Assembly: GCA_034521575.1 (NCBI GenBank)
Contig: JAXHMJ010000002.1
Coordinates: 879,692 to 943,691, forward strand
Reading direction: 5' to 3'
Source of the DNA: Candidatus Zhuqueibacterota bacterium
GTDB lineage: Bacteria > Zhuqueibacterota > Zhuqueibacteria > Residuimicrobiales > Krinioviventaceae
DNA length: 64,000 bases
In this document: positions 22,850 to 32,191 of the stretch, piece after piece
How the letters are laid out: each line of letters begins with the position of its first letter
Position numbering within the stretch: position 1 is the first letter of the stretch
Notes under the pieces: generated by a model
The model's input: only the letters and a program-made list of their open reading frames with translations
The model's database searches: none
Told to the model about the DNA's origin: nothing
Program-made: the position numbers and the translations under genes

Positions 22850-23983
22850 TCAACTCTGATCGTTCAAGCTGCCCGCTGTAATTGGCAGTCGTATCGTATA
22901 TCCCGCCGGAATCACTTTGACTGAAATCCGATAAGCCGGATTGTATTGTTGAATCGTCTGTGCATCAATATCATACTCCAGAGACAGCTGGTCCAGGGTC
23001 GCGTGACGGTCCAAAACCACCGATTTGTACTCGACTTGAGGCAGTAGATCAAGTTCGCCAAAATAAATCTTGTATTGAGTTGACACTTTCCAGGCCGCGT
23101 AAAATTCAGCGTAAAAGTTTTTTGATGCAAACCCGAACAATCGGCTTTTATGTTGCGCGATTATCTCATCCAGCTCGCGCGTTGCATGTTTTTCACTGGC
23201 GCGTCTGATGCCGTTCAGACCGTAATTGTACGCAGTGATCGCCAACGGCCACGACTGTAATTCATTATAGTTGTCTTTTAACAGCCTGGCCGCTGCAATC
23301 GTGGACGTGATCGGATCGTAGCGTTCATCCACAATTGAATTGATCCTCATATATTTACGCGCCGTGTAGGCTGTAAACTGCCACATCCCGGCGGCCCCGA
23401 CTTTGGAGCGCGCATTCCAGTTGAATGAAGATTCCACATGCGGCAGATAGCACAGGGCTTCCGGAATATCATATTCATTAAAAACAGATTTTATATACGG
23501 CAGAAAACGTCCAGACCGGACAATACTTTGCTGAAACCGGTCTTTTAAGCCTCTTTGAGCTCTGATATTTTCCGATGCTTTTACGAATTTTGCCGAATCC
23601 TGTACAGAGGACCAGAGCATATACAGGTCATACTGAAACCGGGACAGCGAATCATTTTCAACCACTCCGGATTGAGAGAGTGCCTTGAGATTCTCTTCAA
23701 TATAGGTGCGTATTCTCGTCACCTTTTCCCAGTCCTCTGTGCTGTCCATCGGTATGACCGTATAAATGATATCCGGATAATTTCGGTCATGCAGCACAAC
23801 CTGATCCGAGGATACCTGAGTAAATATCTTGATCCAGAACCTGACATTGTCCTTCAAGGGTTCAGGCAAAGGCAACGTTTCTGCTCCGGACGCGCTTGCA
23901 GAAACGCTAAACAACAATAAAATGAAAAGAACATAACACACATGCAGCATTCGCGCTCCAAAAGTAATTTTCCGCTTCATCAC
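22850..23983 (-). CDS. membrane-bound lytic murein transglycosylase (SLT domain) with a C-terminal LysM domain (MltD-like)
   Basis: Signal peptide. SLT catalytic region (…ESSFNWNARSKVGAAGMWQF…AITAYNYGLNG…). LysM-like C-terminus (…LDQLSLEYDIDAQTIQQYNPAY…). Confidence 0.8.
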   Translation of the reverse strand: MMKRKITFGARMLHVCYVLFILLLFSVSASASGAETLPLPEPLKDNVRFWIKIFTQVSSDQVVLHDRNYPDIIYTVIPMDSTEDWEKVTRIRTYIEENLKALSQSGVVENDSLSRFQYDLYMLWSSVQDSAKFVKASENIRAQRGLKDRFQQSIVRSGRFLPYIKSVFNEYDIPEALCYLPHVESSFNWNARSKVGAAGMWQFTAYTARKYMRINSIVDERYDPITSTIAAARLLKDNYNELQSWPLAITAYNYGLNGIRRASEKHATRELDEIIAQHKSRLFGFASKNFYAEFYAAWKVSTQYKIYFGELDLLPQVEYKSVVLDRHATLDQLSLEYDIDAQTIQQYNPAYRISVKVIPAGYTIRLPITAGSLNDQS

Positions 23984-24021
23984 TGCTCCATTCCGGCTTG
24001 GTTGAAAAGAACGCTTTCCTG

Positions 24022-24482
24022 TTAAAACTCGGTTTTGGGATCCCTGTCAATTTTATCCCAGTCTTTTAAATCTTTTCCAAGAACCGTCTCGGTCAATTGC
24101 GGATAGGTGCGTAATATCCGGGCAATCGTGGAAACGAGTTCATCTTTGCTGAATGTTTAAGTCGTTCAGACACACGGTCCACATGTATAAAGTCCTCGGA
24201 ATCACTCACCCAGGTATACAACAGAGCAATGACGTGGATGCAGGTCTCCCGCGAACTGCTGCAGGTGCAGGAACTGGATATTTCCTGATCACTGACAGCG
24301 ATCTGAACCTGAAATTCTTCAACAAAATTACCGACACGTCCGAATAAATGATTTTGATAAACGGTTGCGTCACGTACCTGGCTGTTCTCGCAGTAGGACC
24401 AGGCCTCGCCATTTGTGGCCTGTTCATCAAACCGGGCGACCTTTTCCCACGTCAAATCATTCAGCGCTTTTGTAACTTTCAT
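24022..24482 (-). CDS. SWIM zinc-finger domain protein, frameshifted near nt 24133-24141
   Basis: CxC…CxH SWIM signature (SSSCTCSSSRETCIHVIALLY). After …LKHSAK the reading continues in another frame as DELVSTIARILRTYPQLTETVLGKDLKDWDKIDRDPKTEF*. Confidence 0.5.
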
Positions 24483-24537
24483 ACAGCTAACACCCTATCT
24501 ATAGTATATTTTTTCAAGATTGCATAATAAATGACGG

Positions 24538-25491
24538 CTAATGACTCCAAAACTCTTGCATTTTCTTTTGATGCGCGCGCAGTTCTCTGACTTTATTGAC
24601 CGCTTTTTGTCCGATTTCACTGTCCGGCTGCAAGTCAGCGGCCTTTTCAAACGCCTGAATCGCATTATCATATTCTTTTCGATCTTTTTTGTGGTAAGCG
24701 AATCCCATATAATAGTGCGGTTCCGCCCGCTCCGGATGAATATTCGCAGCGTAACCGAACTGCATAATGGACTCCCACAAATCTTCAGAACTGCCCATTC
24801 TGTAATACAGTCTGCCCTTGGTGATATAAAGCTCATATTGCGCTTCCTCAAAATCCGGCTTGGAGGTCAAAGCTTTTTCATAGTGGTCGATCGCCGCTTC
24901 AAATCGGCGTTTCGATTGATACTGATTTCCCTTTTCAAACCATTGCTCCGCCCGCTCTTTTCGCGTCTGCAGGTCATCCAGAATCCGCAAAATCGGGATA
25001 CTGTCTTTTTTGAATGTCAGTAAAACATGGTACAGCTTTACAGCCTGATCGTGCTTGCCCATGTCCCGCAAAACATCTGCTTTCAACGCTACCTGTCGGG
25101 TTGAATCCGTATGAAAGCGTTCCGCCCGCTCGATCATGTTTAAAGCATCATAATAGTTTGAATCCTGTTTCGCAGTACGGGCGCGTTTCAGCAACACACA
25201 ATTAACAGACTGACGATAGTTCATATTATCGGGATATTGTTGAACACAGGCCGTAAATGCCTCTTCAGCAGCCTGCAGCGAGTCCAGTTCTTCAAGGGCA
25301 TTGCCCATGAGAAAGTAGGCCTGCGTATCTGATGAATCGGCGCGGATGGCCTCGCGGCACAGACGCACCACCTGAGAATACGACCCCTGATCATAATATT
25401 CATGCGCCTGCTTGAGATGGCTGCATGCTGATATCAAAACCATTAAAATGAATGAAACCATTCCTGCTGCTCTGAAATGAGATAATTTCAT
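24538..25491 (-). CDS. TPR-repeat lipoprotein
   Basis: The start is taken at MKLSHF, with lipobox LISACSH. There are multiple 34-aa TPR-like repeats (…AYFLMGNALEEL…, …YYMGFAYHKK…). Confidence 0.65.
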   Translation of the reverse strand: MKLSHFRAAGMVSFILMVLISACSHLKQAHEYYDQGSYSQVVRLCREAIRADSSDTQAYFLMGNALEELDSLQAAEEAFTACVQQYPDNMNYRQSVNCVLLKRARTAKQDSNYYDALNMIERAERFHTDSTRQVALKADVLRDMGKHDQAVKLYHVLLTFKKDSIPILRILDDLQTRKERAEQWFEKGNQYQSKRRFEAAIDHYEKALTSKPDFEEAQYELYITKGRLYYRMGSSEDLWESIMQFGYAANIHPERAEPHYYMGFAYHKKDRKEYDNAIQAFEKAADLQPDSEIGQKAVNKVRELRAHQKKMQEFWSH

Positions 25492-25721
25492 ATAAACGTC
25501 TTTCGTGTTTGTTCTCAATACTCTGGAACATGAAATATAATCGTTTATATGCACATTGTCAATACTGTTCAATCATGCGGACAGATTTATGTTTAGTAAA
25601 AGTTCACCATAAAATAATATCAGCCGGCACATCCCGAATTTACATTTTTTTCTTGCGTTTAACCGGTTTTTTTGCTCATATTATCATATCAAAACTGACC
25701 ATCGAAAAAACCAGGATAATC

Positions 25722-26695
25722 TATGACAGAACACTCTTTTGTGATTGGTATAGACCTTGGAGGCACAAAAATCTATTCCGCCGTAACGGACCAAAAAGGG
25801 AAAATTATCGGCAGCGCCAAAAAAAAAGACAAAACCCGAAAAAGGATTTGAAGCCGTTGTCAAGCGCATAGCAAAATGTATATTCAAAGCGGCGGAAGAG
25901 TCCGGACTTGATTTCAAAAAAGAGGTGGCCGGCATCGGCATCGGTTCCCCCGGCCCTCTGGATATGGACAAAGGGATTGTAATCGAAACGCCCAACTTGA
26001 AATGGAAAAATGCGCCGCTCAAAGAGCGCCTGGAATTACTGACCGGCAAACCTGTCAAAGTTGAAAATGATGCGAACGCCGGCCTGATCGGCGAATGGGC
26101 ATTCGGAGAAGCTAAAAAAGCGAAACATGTTGTCGGTTTATTCATCGGCACCGGCGTCGGCGGCGGCATTATCATTGACGGCAAACCCTTGCACGGATTT
26201 AACCAGAACGCCGGTGAACTCGGACATATGATCATGGACCCGAACGGCCCGTTGTGCGGATGCGGCAATCACGGTTGTCTGGAAGCGTTTGCAAGCCGCA
26301 CCGCCATTGAACGCGTCATCCGTCAATCTGAAACCAGGGGCGTCAAAACCAAAATCTTTAAGGGTAAAGACCGCGACGAACGCATCAGAAGCGGACGCCT
26401 GGCCAAAGCCTTTAAGGATCAGGATCCGGCTGCTGTCATGGCAATTCATCAGTCCGCCATCTATGTGGGATACGCTGTGGCCTCCCTGGTAAACATCTTT
26501 AATCCCGAATATGTCGTGCTGGGCGGCGGGGTTGTCGAAGCGCTGGGCAAACCCTATGTAGAGATTGTCGAAAAAGTGGCGCGCCAGAATGTCTTTGATA
26601 TCGCCCTGCGCAATATTCATATTATTGAAGCGAAACTGGGCGACGACGCAGCTGCGCTGGGCGCCTCCACCCTGGCCTGGCAGGACCTGAAATAA
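25722..26695 (+). CDS. ROK-family sugar kinase (glucokinase-like), frameshifted at the A9 homopolymer 25819-25827
   Basis: The N-terminus MTEHSFVIGIDLGGTKIYSAVTDQKGKIIGSAKKK ends at the A-run. It continues in the next frame as …FEAVVKRIAKCIFKAAEESGLDFKKEVAGIGIGSPGPLD…. The ROK zinc motif GHMIMDPNGPLCGCGNHGCLEAFAS is present. Confidence 0.8.
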
Positions 26696-26731
26696 AACAT
26701 GTAAAAAGCCGGCGGGATAGCGCAGCTAAAC

Positions 26732-27064
26732 TCAACCGCCGGCGAGTTTGACCGTATAGCCTTTTTTTTCCAGAAATGCCTTGATTTTTGTTCGATGATC
26801 GCCCTGGATGATAATCACTCCATCTTTGGCCGATCCGCCGGTGCCGCACTGCTGTTTCAATTGCGTCGCGATGTCTTTTTGCTGATTCGGCACAATACCG
26901 AATATCGTTGTCACCGTCTTACCGGCGCGACCTTTGGTTTCCCGGCGGATTTTGATCACCGGCGCGCCTGACCCGGCATTTTTTGTTTGAGATTTGCACA
27001 CACATTCATCTACAGGCTGTTCACAATTCGGACAGGTTTTGCCTTGGCCGGTGGAATAGACCAC
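26732..27064 (-). CDS. yciH: translation initiation factor SUI1/YciH family protein
   Basis: 110 aa. The C-terminal SUI1 domain (…GKTVTTIFGI…GTGGSAKDGVIIIQGDHRTKIKAFLEKKGYTVK) is typical of bacterial YciH. Confidence 0.8.
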   Translation of the reverse strand: MVYSTGQGKTCPNCEQPVDECVCKSQTKNAGSGAPVIKIRRETKGRAGKTVTTIFGIVPNQQKDIATQLKQQCGTGGSAKDGVIIIQGDHRTKIKAFLEKKGYTVKLAGG

Positions 27065-27393
27065 TGTTTTTCTTCTTCATAGGTCTCCCGCTGTTCTCTC
27101 ACATTGTCACATTCATCAAGCTTATCACACCGATCATAATCTACAATTTATTCCGCTCCCTTTCAAGTTTGATTTTTATTTATCGCCTCCGAGCGCATTC
27201 GATATCGCAGTAATTCGTGGACAGTCTTTATTGCGGTCAGCATTTACAAAGTTTGAGAATGTAAAGGTGGAAGTGCCCTTCTTATCACCCGAAAATGATG
27301 CCAAAGATAATAATCTATGGCTATTGTAGCCGGATTTACAGTTGTCGACAGATTGTCAGTGGTCCTTGCCAAGATATCAATTTGATGTGGTTA

Positions 27394-28161
27394 TCAGGTT
27401 ACTTTTTGCAAAATTTTGGTTGCCTCCTTATAGCCCACCTTAATGAGGTCATCTGCTTGCTCAATATCGACCATATTGAAATCCGAGAGATCAGGTTTGA
27501 TTAGAATATCCGCTTTCGCGGTTTGTAGCTCAGTGGCTGTTTTAATCAAGAAATCAAATGATCTTAGCATTACTTCAATGATGTTTTCCGGCTTTTTGTA
27601 AAGGTGTTCGGCATTCAAATCAACACCGATGGTAACTTGAGCTCCCATATCTTCAAGCGGTGTAATGGGAACATTTTCAACGATACCGCCATCAACGAGC
27701 AATTTGTTTTCGATTTCCACAGGAACAAAAATACCGGGAATACATGTGCTTGCCATTACAGCTTGAGCTAAATTGCCTTTATTCAGAACAACCTTGTCGC
27801 CGCTGGTAATATCTGTTGCCATCATTGCGACCGGGATTTTAGCGTCCTCAAAATTGACGTCACCGACATGATCCGTTATAAGCTCGCCCAGTTTTTTATT
27901 TGCAAGCAAGCCAAATTTTGAAAGGGAAATCCCGGAAATATCCAGCCAATTCAAATCTTTAGTGATTTCTTCTACCTCTTCCCAGGTTTTTTGGAACGCA
28001 ACAAACGCTGAGACAAACGCTCCGATGCTGGTTCCCGAGACGTAGCTTATTGAAATGTCATGCTCTTTAAGCGCTTTTAACACGCCTATATGGGCGGCGC
28101 CAAGAACAGCGCCGCCCCCAAGAGCCAATCCTATTTTTTTATTTTTTTTTAGTTTTTTCAT
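27394..28161 (-). CDS. patatin-like phospholipase
   Basis: Oxyanion-hole GGGAVLGAAHIG, the nucleophile elbow GTSIG, and the Asp of the catalytic dyad in DGG(I), all within 255 aa. Confidence 0.85.
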   Translation of the reverse strand: MKKLKKNKKIGLALGGGAVLGAAHIGVLKALKEHDISISYVSGTSIGAFVSAFVAFQKTWEEVEEITKDLNWLDISGISLSKFGLLANKKLGELITDHVGDVNFEDAKIPVAMMATDITSGDKVVLNKGNLAQAVMASTCIPGIFVPVEIENKLLVDGGIVENVPITPLEDMGAQVTIGVDLNAEHLYKKPENIIEVMLRSFDFLIKTATELQTAKADILIKPDLSDFNMVDIEQADDLIKVGYKEATKILQKVT

Positions 28162-28203
28162 TCGCTGTCCTGTTTGAATTTACCGAAAGCACTTTTTATG
28201 GAA

Positions 28204-28458
28204 TCACCCAGTGTTTTCCAGTCTCTGTTCGATACCATCTTTCAAATCTTCCCAGGCATCCTCACCCGCTTGCTGGATTTCATCGAGCTTTTGTTGCGCT
28301 TTTTCTTTCTTGCTGCGTAAATCCTCGATTTGCTGACGATATTCAGCTTTGGTATCTGCCGGTGCTTTGTCTGCTTTTGCTTCAAGTTTCTGAATCTCGG
28401 CCTCCCATTCTTTCAGTTTGGCCGACATTTTGTCGATATACTCTTTTCGATCTTTCAT
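28204..28458 (-). CDS. small coiled-coil protein (84 aa, K/E-rich)
   Basis: Uninterrupted ORF with heptad-like charged repeats (…KLKEWEAEIQKLEAKADKAPAD…). No domain recognised. Confidence 0.4.
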   Translation of the reverse strand: MKDRKEYIDKMSAKLKEWEAEIQKLEAKADKAPADTKAEYRQQIEDLRSKKEKAQQKLDEIQQAGEDAWEDLKDGIEQRLENTG

Positions 28459-28804
28459 TTTAGTTCTCCTTGTTTGGTTTTAAATTATTATTTTTCAAAA
28501 AGCTTAAAAACTGCTAAACAATTGGTAAATTCAGCAGAACGCAATTTTATATTACCACCACTTTAATTCTTTACCATTTTCACCGGTCTAAAACTTTACC
28601 ATACATTTTCTTTCATTTAATTCATTTTCATAAATATTCATAAAAATTCCATCTAATTTTCTCTTATTTTCATATCATTCGTTTTATTCTCTTTTTCCCC
28701 CTTTCACAAATTAATTTTTATGGCACTTTAGATTATTGGGCTTGTTTTTGGCTGTATGTTGGTTCTCAGCCCTAACTATCCTTCCACCAATACGAGTGTC
28801 TGTG

Positions 28805-29287
28805 ATGAAGAAAACCATTATTTGCAAGAATTGCTGTAAGCAAAAACCTGCTAATCCCCGGCTCAAAGGCAATCAGTTATACTGCAGTGCCCCCAACTGC
28901 CAAAGAGCCCGCAAACGTGCCTGGCAAAAACAAAAAATGATTCAGGATTCTCAGTATCACGAACAGCAAGTCGCATGTTTAAAGAAATGGCGCAAGACCT
29001 ATCCATTAGATAAATATCAAAAAGAGTATCGTAAAAAGCATCCAGACTATGTGAAAAGAAACCGAGACCTTCAGAAAAAACGCAATGCGAACCAGTCAAA
29101 AAAAGCGGAGCTGATTAAAATTGTAAAAATGGACGCGTTAAAAAAGCAGTCAGAAAAATTATACACTTGTGTAATGAATCCTTATAAAATTGATTCATCC
29201 GGGAAAATTGTAAAAATGGACGCGTTAATCGTGCAACTGGCTGATTTACATAAAAATATTGACCTTTTTTTGTCTTTAAGAATTTAA
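28805..29287 (+). CDS. hypothetical basic zinc-ribbon protein. The 3' half runs through the IS21-like terminal repeats, so the true stop is uncertain. It may be a host gene disrupted by the insertion.
   Basis: N-terminus MKKTIICKNCCKQKPAN…LYCSAPNCQRARKRAWQ (CxxC…CxxC), then a K/R-rich region. The peptide IVKMDAL appears twice because the ORF reads through the direct repeats. Confidence 0.3.
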   Translation: MKKTIICKNCCKQKPANPRLKGNQLYCSAPNCQRARKRAWQKQKMIQDSQYHEQQVACLKKWRKTYPLDKYQKEYRKKHPDYVKRNRDLQKKRNANQSKKAELIKIVKMDALKKQSEKLYTCVMNPYKIDSSGKIVKMDALIVQLADLHKNIDLFLSLRI

Positions 29288-29307
29288 TTGTAAAAATGGA
29301 CGCTATT
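29117..29307 (+). repeat. three direct copies of a 21-25 bp motif AAAATTGTAAAAATGGACGC(G)TTAA, spaced about 80-87 bp apart (candidate multi-repeat IS21 left end)
   Basis: Copies at 29117-29141, 29204-29228 and 29284-29307. Copies 1 and 2 are identical over 25 bp and contain the palindromic core ACGCGT. Confidence 0.6.
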
Positions 29308-29373
29308 GCTATTTGCCTTGTGGTATAGTAGATTTCAGTTGAATTTGTACGTGATCTATTATTGGGAGGCAGA

Positions 29374-29805
29374 ATGATGAAAATCACCAAAAAACCCCTT
29401 ATTCCCGACCGGGTGCGTAACATTGATGGGGGATTTAGTTTTATTCCACACCGGTTTATCACAGACCATTTTTTTACCAGTTTGAATCAACACGAGCTTT
29501 TGATTTACTTTTTGCTCGTGCTTGTCGGAGATCGGCACGGGCTGTCTTATTACAGTCAGGACCGGCTCTGCACGATGCTGAGGATAAGTCTTGATGATTT
29601 TATCACTGCCAGAAACGCTTTGATCAAAAAATCCCTGATTGCCTTTGACGGGTTTATGTTTCAGGTGCTTTCTTTGCCGAAAAAGCCGGTTGCACTGCCT
29701 TCAAAACCCTTGACTACCCGCTCCGATTTTGAAAACTGGGACCCCATGACGATCCGTAAACTTGTAACTGAATCTCTTGAAAGGGCCAAAAGTCATGATG
29801 AATAA
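29374..29805 (+). CDS. accessory ORF of the IS21-like element: winged-helix/replisome-organiser (DnaD-like) type protein, translationally coupled to istA
   Basis: A strong ribosome-binding site GGGAGG sits 4 nt before the ATG at 29374. The region …ELLIYFLLVLVGDRHGLSYYSQDRLCTMLRISLDDFITARNALIKKSLIAF looks like a replisome-organiser/DnaD-type winged helix. Its stop (29803-29805) overlaps the istA start as ATGATGAATAA. Confidence 0.45.
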   Translation: MMKITKKPLIPDRVRNIDGGFSFIPHRFITDHFFTSLNQHELLIYFLLVLVGDRHGLSYYSQDRLCTMLRISLDDFITARNALIKKSLIAFDGFMFQVLSLPKKPVALPSKPLTTRSDFENWDPMTIRKLVTESLERAKSHDE

Positions 29806-31048
29806 ACGAATCATCTTTGAAATTCACAAATTGGCTGATATGGGCATGAAACAACGCCAAATTGCCAGAAAGTTATGTATTTCAAGACCAACTGTGCAAA
29901 AATATCTCAACTCCCCGGATATTGCCACACCTCCCAGACGTCCAAAGCCAGGTAAATTGGAACCGTTCTATAATTATATTGATGAACTGCTGGAAGGTTG
30001 GCCGAACGCCAGCGCTGTTGTTATTAAACAACGTATCGACGAAAAAGGCTATACCGGAGGGATTACGATTTTGCGCGATTACCTCCTTGCTAAACGAGGA
30101 GGTAAGAAACGATCCAAAGCCTACATTCGGTTTGAAAGCAGCCCTGGTGAACAATGTCAGTTTGATTGGGGGCATTTCGGCAGTCTCATTTATGGCAACA
30201 CCTCCAGAAAACTGTACTGCATGACGGTGATAGAATGCCATTCCAGAATGCTCTACATCGAGTTCACACATAGTCAAAACAAAGAAGCTGTGATGCGCAC
30301 CCTGTTGAATTCTTTTTTATTCTTTGGTGGCGCTCCCAAAGAACTGGTGCACGATAATTTGAAAACAGCGGTCATTGAACGAATCGGCGATATTATCCGG
30401 TTCAACGAAGATTATTTGCATTTCTTGCGCCCTTTTCATATCAGACCTTACGCGTGCGGCATAAGGGACGCATCCGCAAAAGGCAAGATAGAAAAAGGCG
30501 GTGTTCATTACGTTCGCTATAACTTTTGGCCGTGCCGCACCTTTGCCGATCTGGATGATGTAAATGTGCAAGCCTGCAAATGGCGCGATCACATTGCAAA
30601 TACACGTATTCACGCAACAACGAATGAAAAACCGGTTGAACGTTTTCAGCCGAAAGCCCTGCGTCCATTGCCGGATGTATTGCCGGATACCAGAGATCAT
30701 TCAGAAGCTAAAGTCCATTCCGATTGCCGGTTTAAATTTGATGCAAATTATTATTCAGCGCCTTGGTGGATGGCCGGTAAAACAGTCAGTGTCAAAGCGG
30801 ATAACCATACAATTTGGGCAGGCCATAAAAACAAAATTGTTGCTGTACACACGCGAAGCTGGAAACGCCGGGCTGTTATTGAAAATCCGAACCATATTTC
30901 AGAACTTTTGAAAACACGTAAAAAGGCAAGGTTAACCAGACAAGAACAACTCTTGTTTTCAATGGGTGAACCCATCAAACTATTCATCGAAAATTTGGCC
31001 AAGGCCGGGAAAAGCCTTTCCGGGCATCCAGTCATCTCCTGGAATTAA
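29795..31048 (+). CDS. istA: IS21-family transposase IstA
   Basis: N-terminal HTH (…KQRQIARKLCISRPTVQKYL). Integrase-type DDE core (…QCQFDWGHFGS…LVHDNLKTAV…ATTNEKPVERF). Confidence 0.85.
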   Translation: MMNKRIIFEIHKLADMGMKQRQIARKLCISRPTVQKYLNSPDIATPPRRPKPGKLEPFYNYIDELLEGWPNASAVVIKQRIDEKGYTGGITILRDYLLAKRGGKKRSKAYIRFESSPGEQCQFDWGHFGSLIYGNTSRKLYCMTVIECHSRMLYIEFTHSQNKEAVMRTLLNSFLFFGGAPKELVHDNLKTAVIERIGDIIRFNEDYLHFLRPFHIRPYACGIRDASAKGKIEKGGVHYVRYNFWPCRTFADLDDVNVQACKWRDHIANTRIHATTNEKPVERFQPKALRPLPDVLPDTRDHSEAKVHSDCRFKFDANYYSAPWWMAGKTVSVKADNHTIWAGHKNKIVAVHTRSWKRRAVIENPNHISELLKTRKKARLTRQEQLLFSMGEPIKLFIENLAKAGKSLSGHPVISWN

Positions 31049-31270
31049 GAGAACAATATGGAGCCAAAGCAGTTGTGGAGGCCGTTGAAATAACCCTCAA
31101 ATACAAAGCCTATGGCGTCGATTATGTTGAGAATATCCTGCATCAAAAAATGCATATTAAAACATATTACCCCAAAGTTACCCTCAAAGATGAAACGCTC
31201 AATCAGTTACAATTACAGGAACCCGATCTGTTAATCTATGATGCCATTACTTTGAAAAAAAGCAGGAACA

Positions 31271-32009
31271 ATGATGACAAAAATTGAAAATACAATCCAC
31301 AAATTGCAGCAGTTGCGACTCAATACCATGGCCGAATATCTCGAAGATGCCTTTGAAAAAGAAAAAGAGCAGAACAACGGCTTTCTGTGGCTGCTCGATT
31401 ATTTGCTTGACCTGGAAAACGAATCACGCTGGAAACGCTCTGTTGAAAACAGAATCAAAGCGTCGCATTTGATTGATAAATGCTTGCCAAGTGACTTTGA
31501 TTTTAAATTCCATGTCTCCCGACAACAGAACCGATCCCTTGTTTTGCGTTTGTCCGAATGTGATTTTATTCATAAAAAACAAGACGTGATCTTTATTGGC
31601 GCCCCCGGAACCGGAAAAACCCGATTAGCAAAAACCATAGCTTATCAAGCCTGTTTGAAAAATGAACGTGTACTCTTCACAACAGCTATTGATATGATTA
31701 ATCACCTCATTGCCGCTCAAGCTGATCAGTCGTTGTTAAAAAAACTAAAATTTTATCAAACTCCAAGTCTGCTTGTTTGTGACGAGTTGGGTTTTCTTTC
31801 GCTTGACGAACAGTCATCAAATCTTTTTTTCCAGGTGCTCAGTGCCAGGCATGAACGTGTGAGTACAATCGTGACCACCAATCTGCCCTTTGGCCGCTGG
31901 GGAGAGATTTTCAAAGTGCTGTAATCGCTCAAGCCATCGCAGACCGGCTCGTTAAAAACTCGGAGATTATACTGATGGAAGGACCATCTTATCGACAGAA
32001 AAATAAATA
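31271..32009 (+). CDS. istB: IS21-family helper ATPase IstB (DnaC-like AAA+), frameshifted at the AAA run 31913-31915
   Basis: Walker A GAPGTGKT and Walker B LLVCDELGF. The tracked ORF ends …GEIFKVL*. Adding one A gives …GEIFKSAVIAQAIADRLVKNSEIILMEGPSYRQKNK*, the canonical IstB C-terminus. Confidence 0.85.
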
Positions 32010-32191
32010 GTAATCTGGTTTCATTTTAAAAATATAAAAATATAATTGATATTTTATGCCAAAGAACTGTTTTTTTTACAGAGTCTTGTAAGAGAATCTA
32101 TGTGCTCCACTTTAGGTGGTAAAGTATTATTCCGTTGGCTTTGGTAAACTTGTTAACCGTTGGTAATAATTTTATTCATCAAGGACTTGAT

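Larger units (their letters stand above)
29117..32080 (+). mobile_element. IS21-family insertion sequence with an extra upstream ORF. The boundaries are approximate.
   Basis: An istA-istB pair. Multi-copy terminal-type repeats begin TGTAAAAA… on the left. A possible degenerate right end …TTTTTTTTACA sits at 32070-32080 (8/8 match to the repeat tip). No target-site duplication could be identified. Confidence 0.4.

Noticed and set aside
29117-32080. Target-site duplication for the IS21-like element
   Set aside because: Flanks at each candidate terminus (29117/29122/29289 versus 32080) do not match. The boundaries are therefore reported as approximate rather than claiming a duplication.
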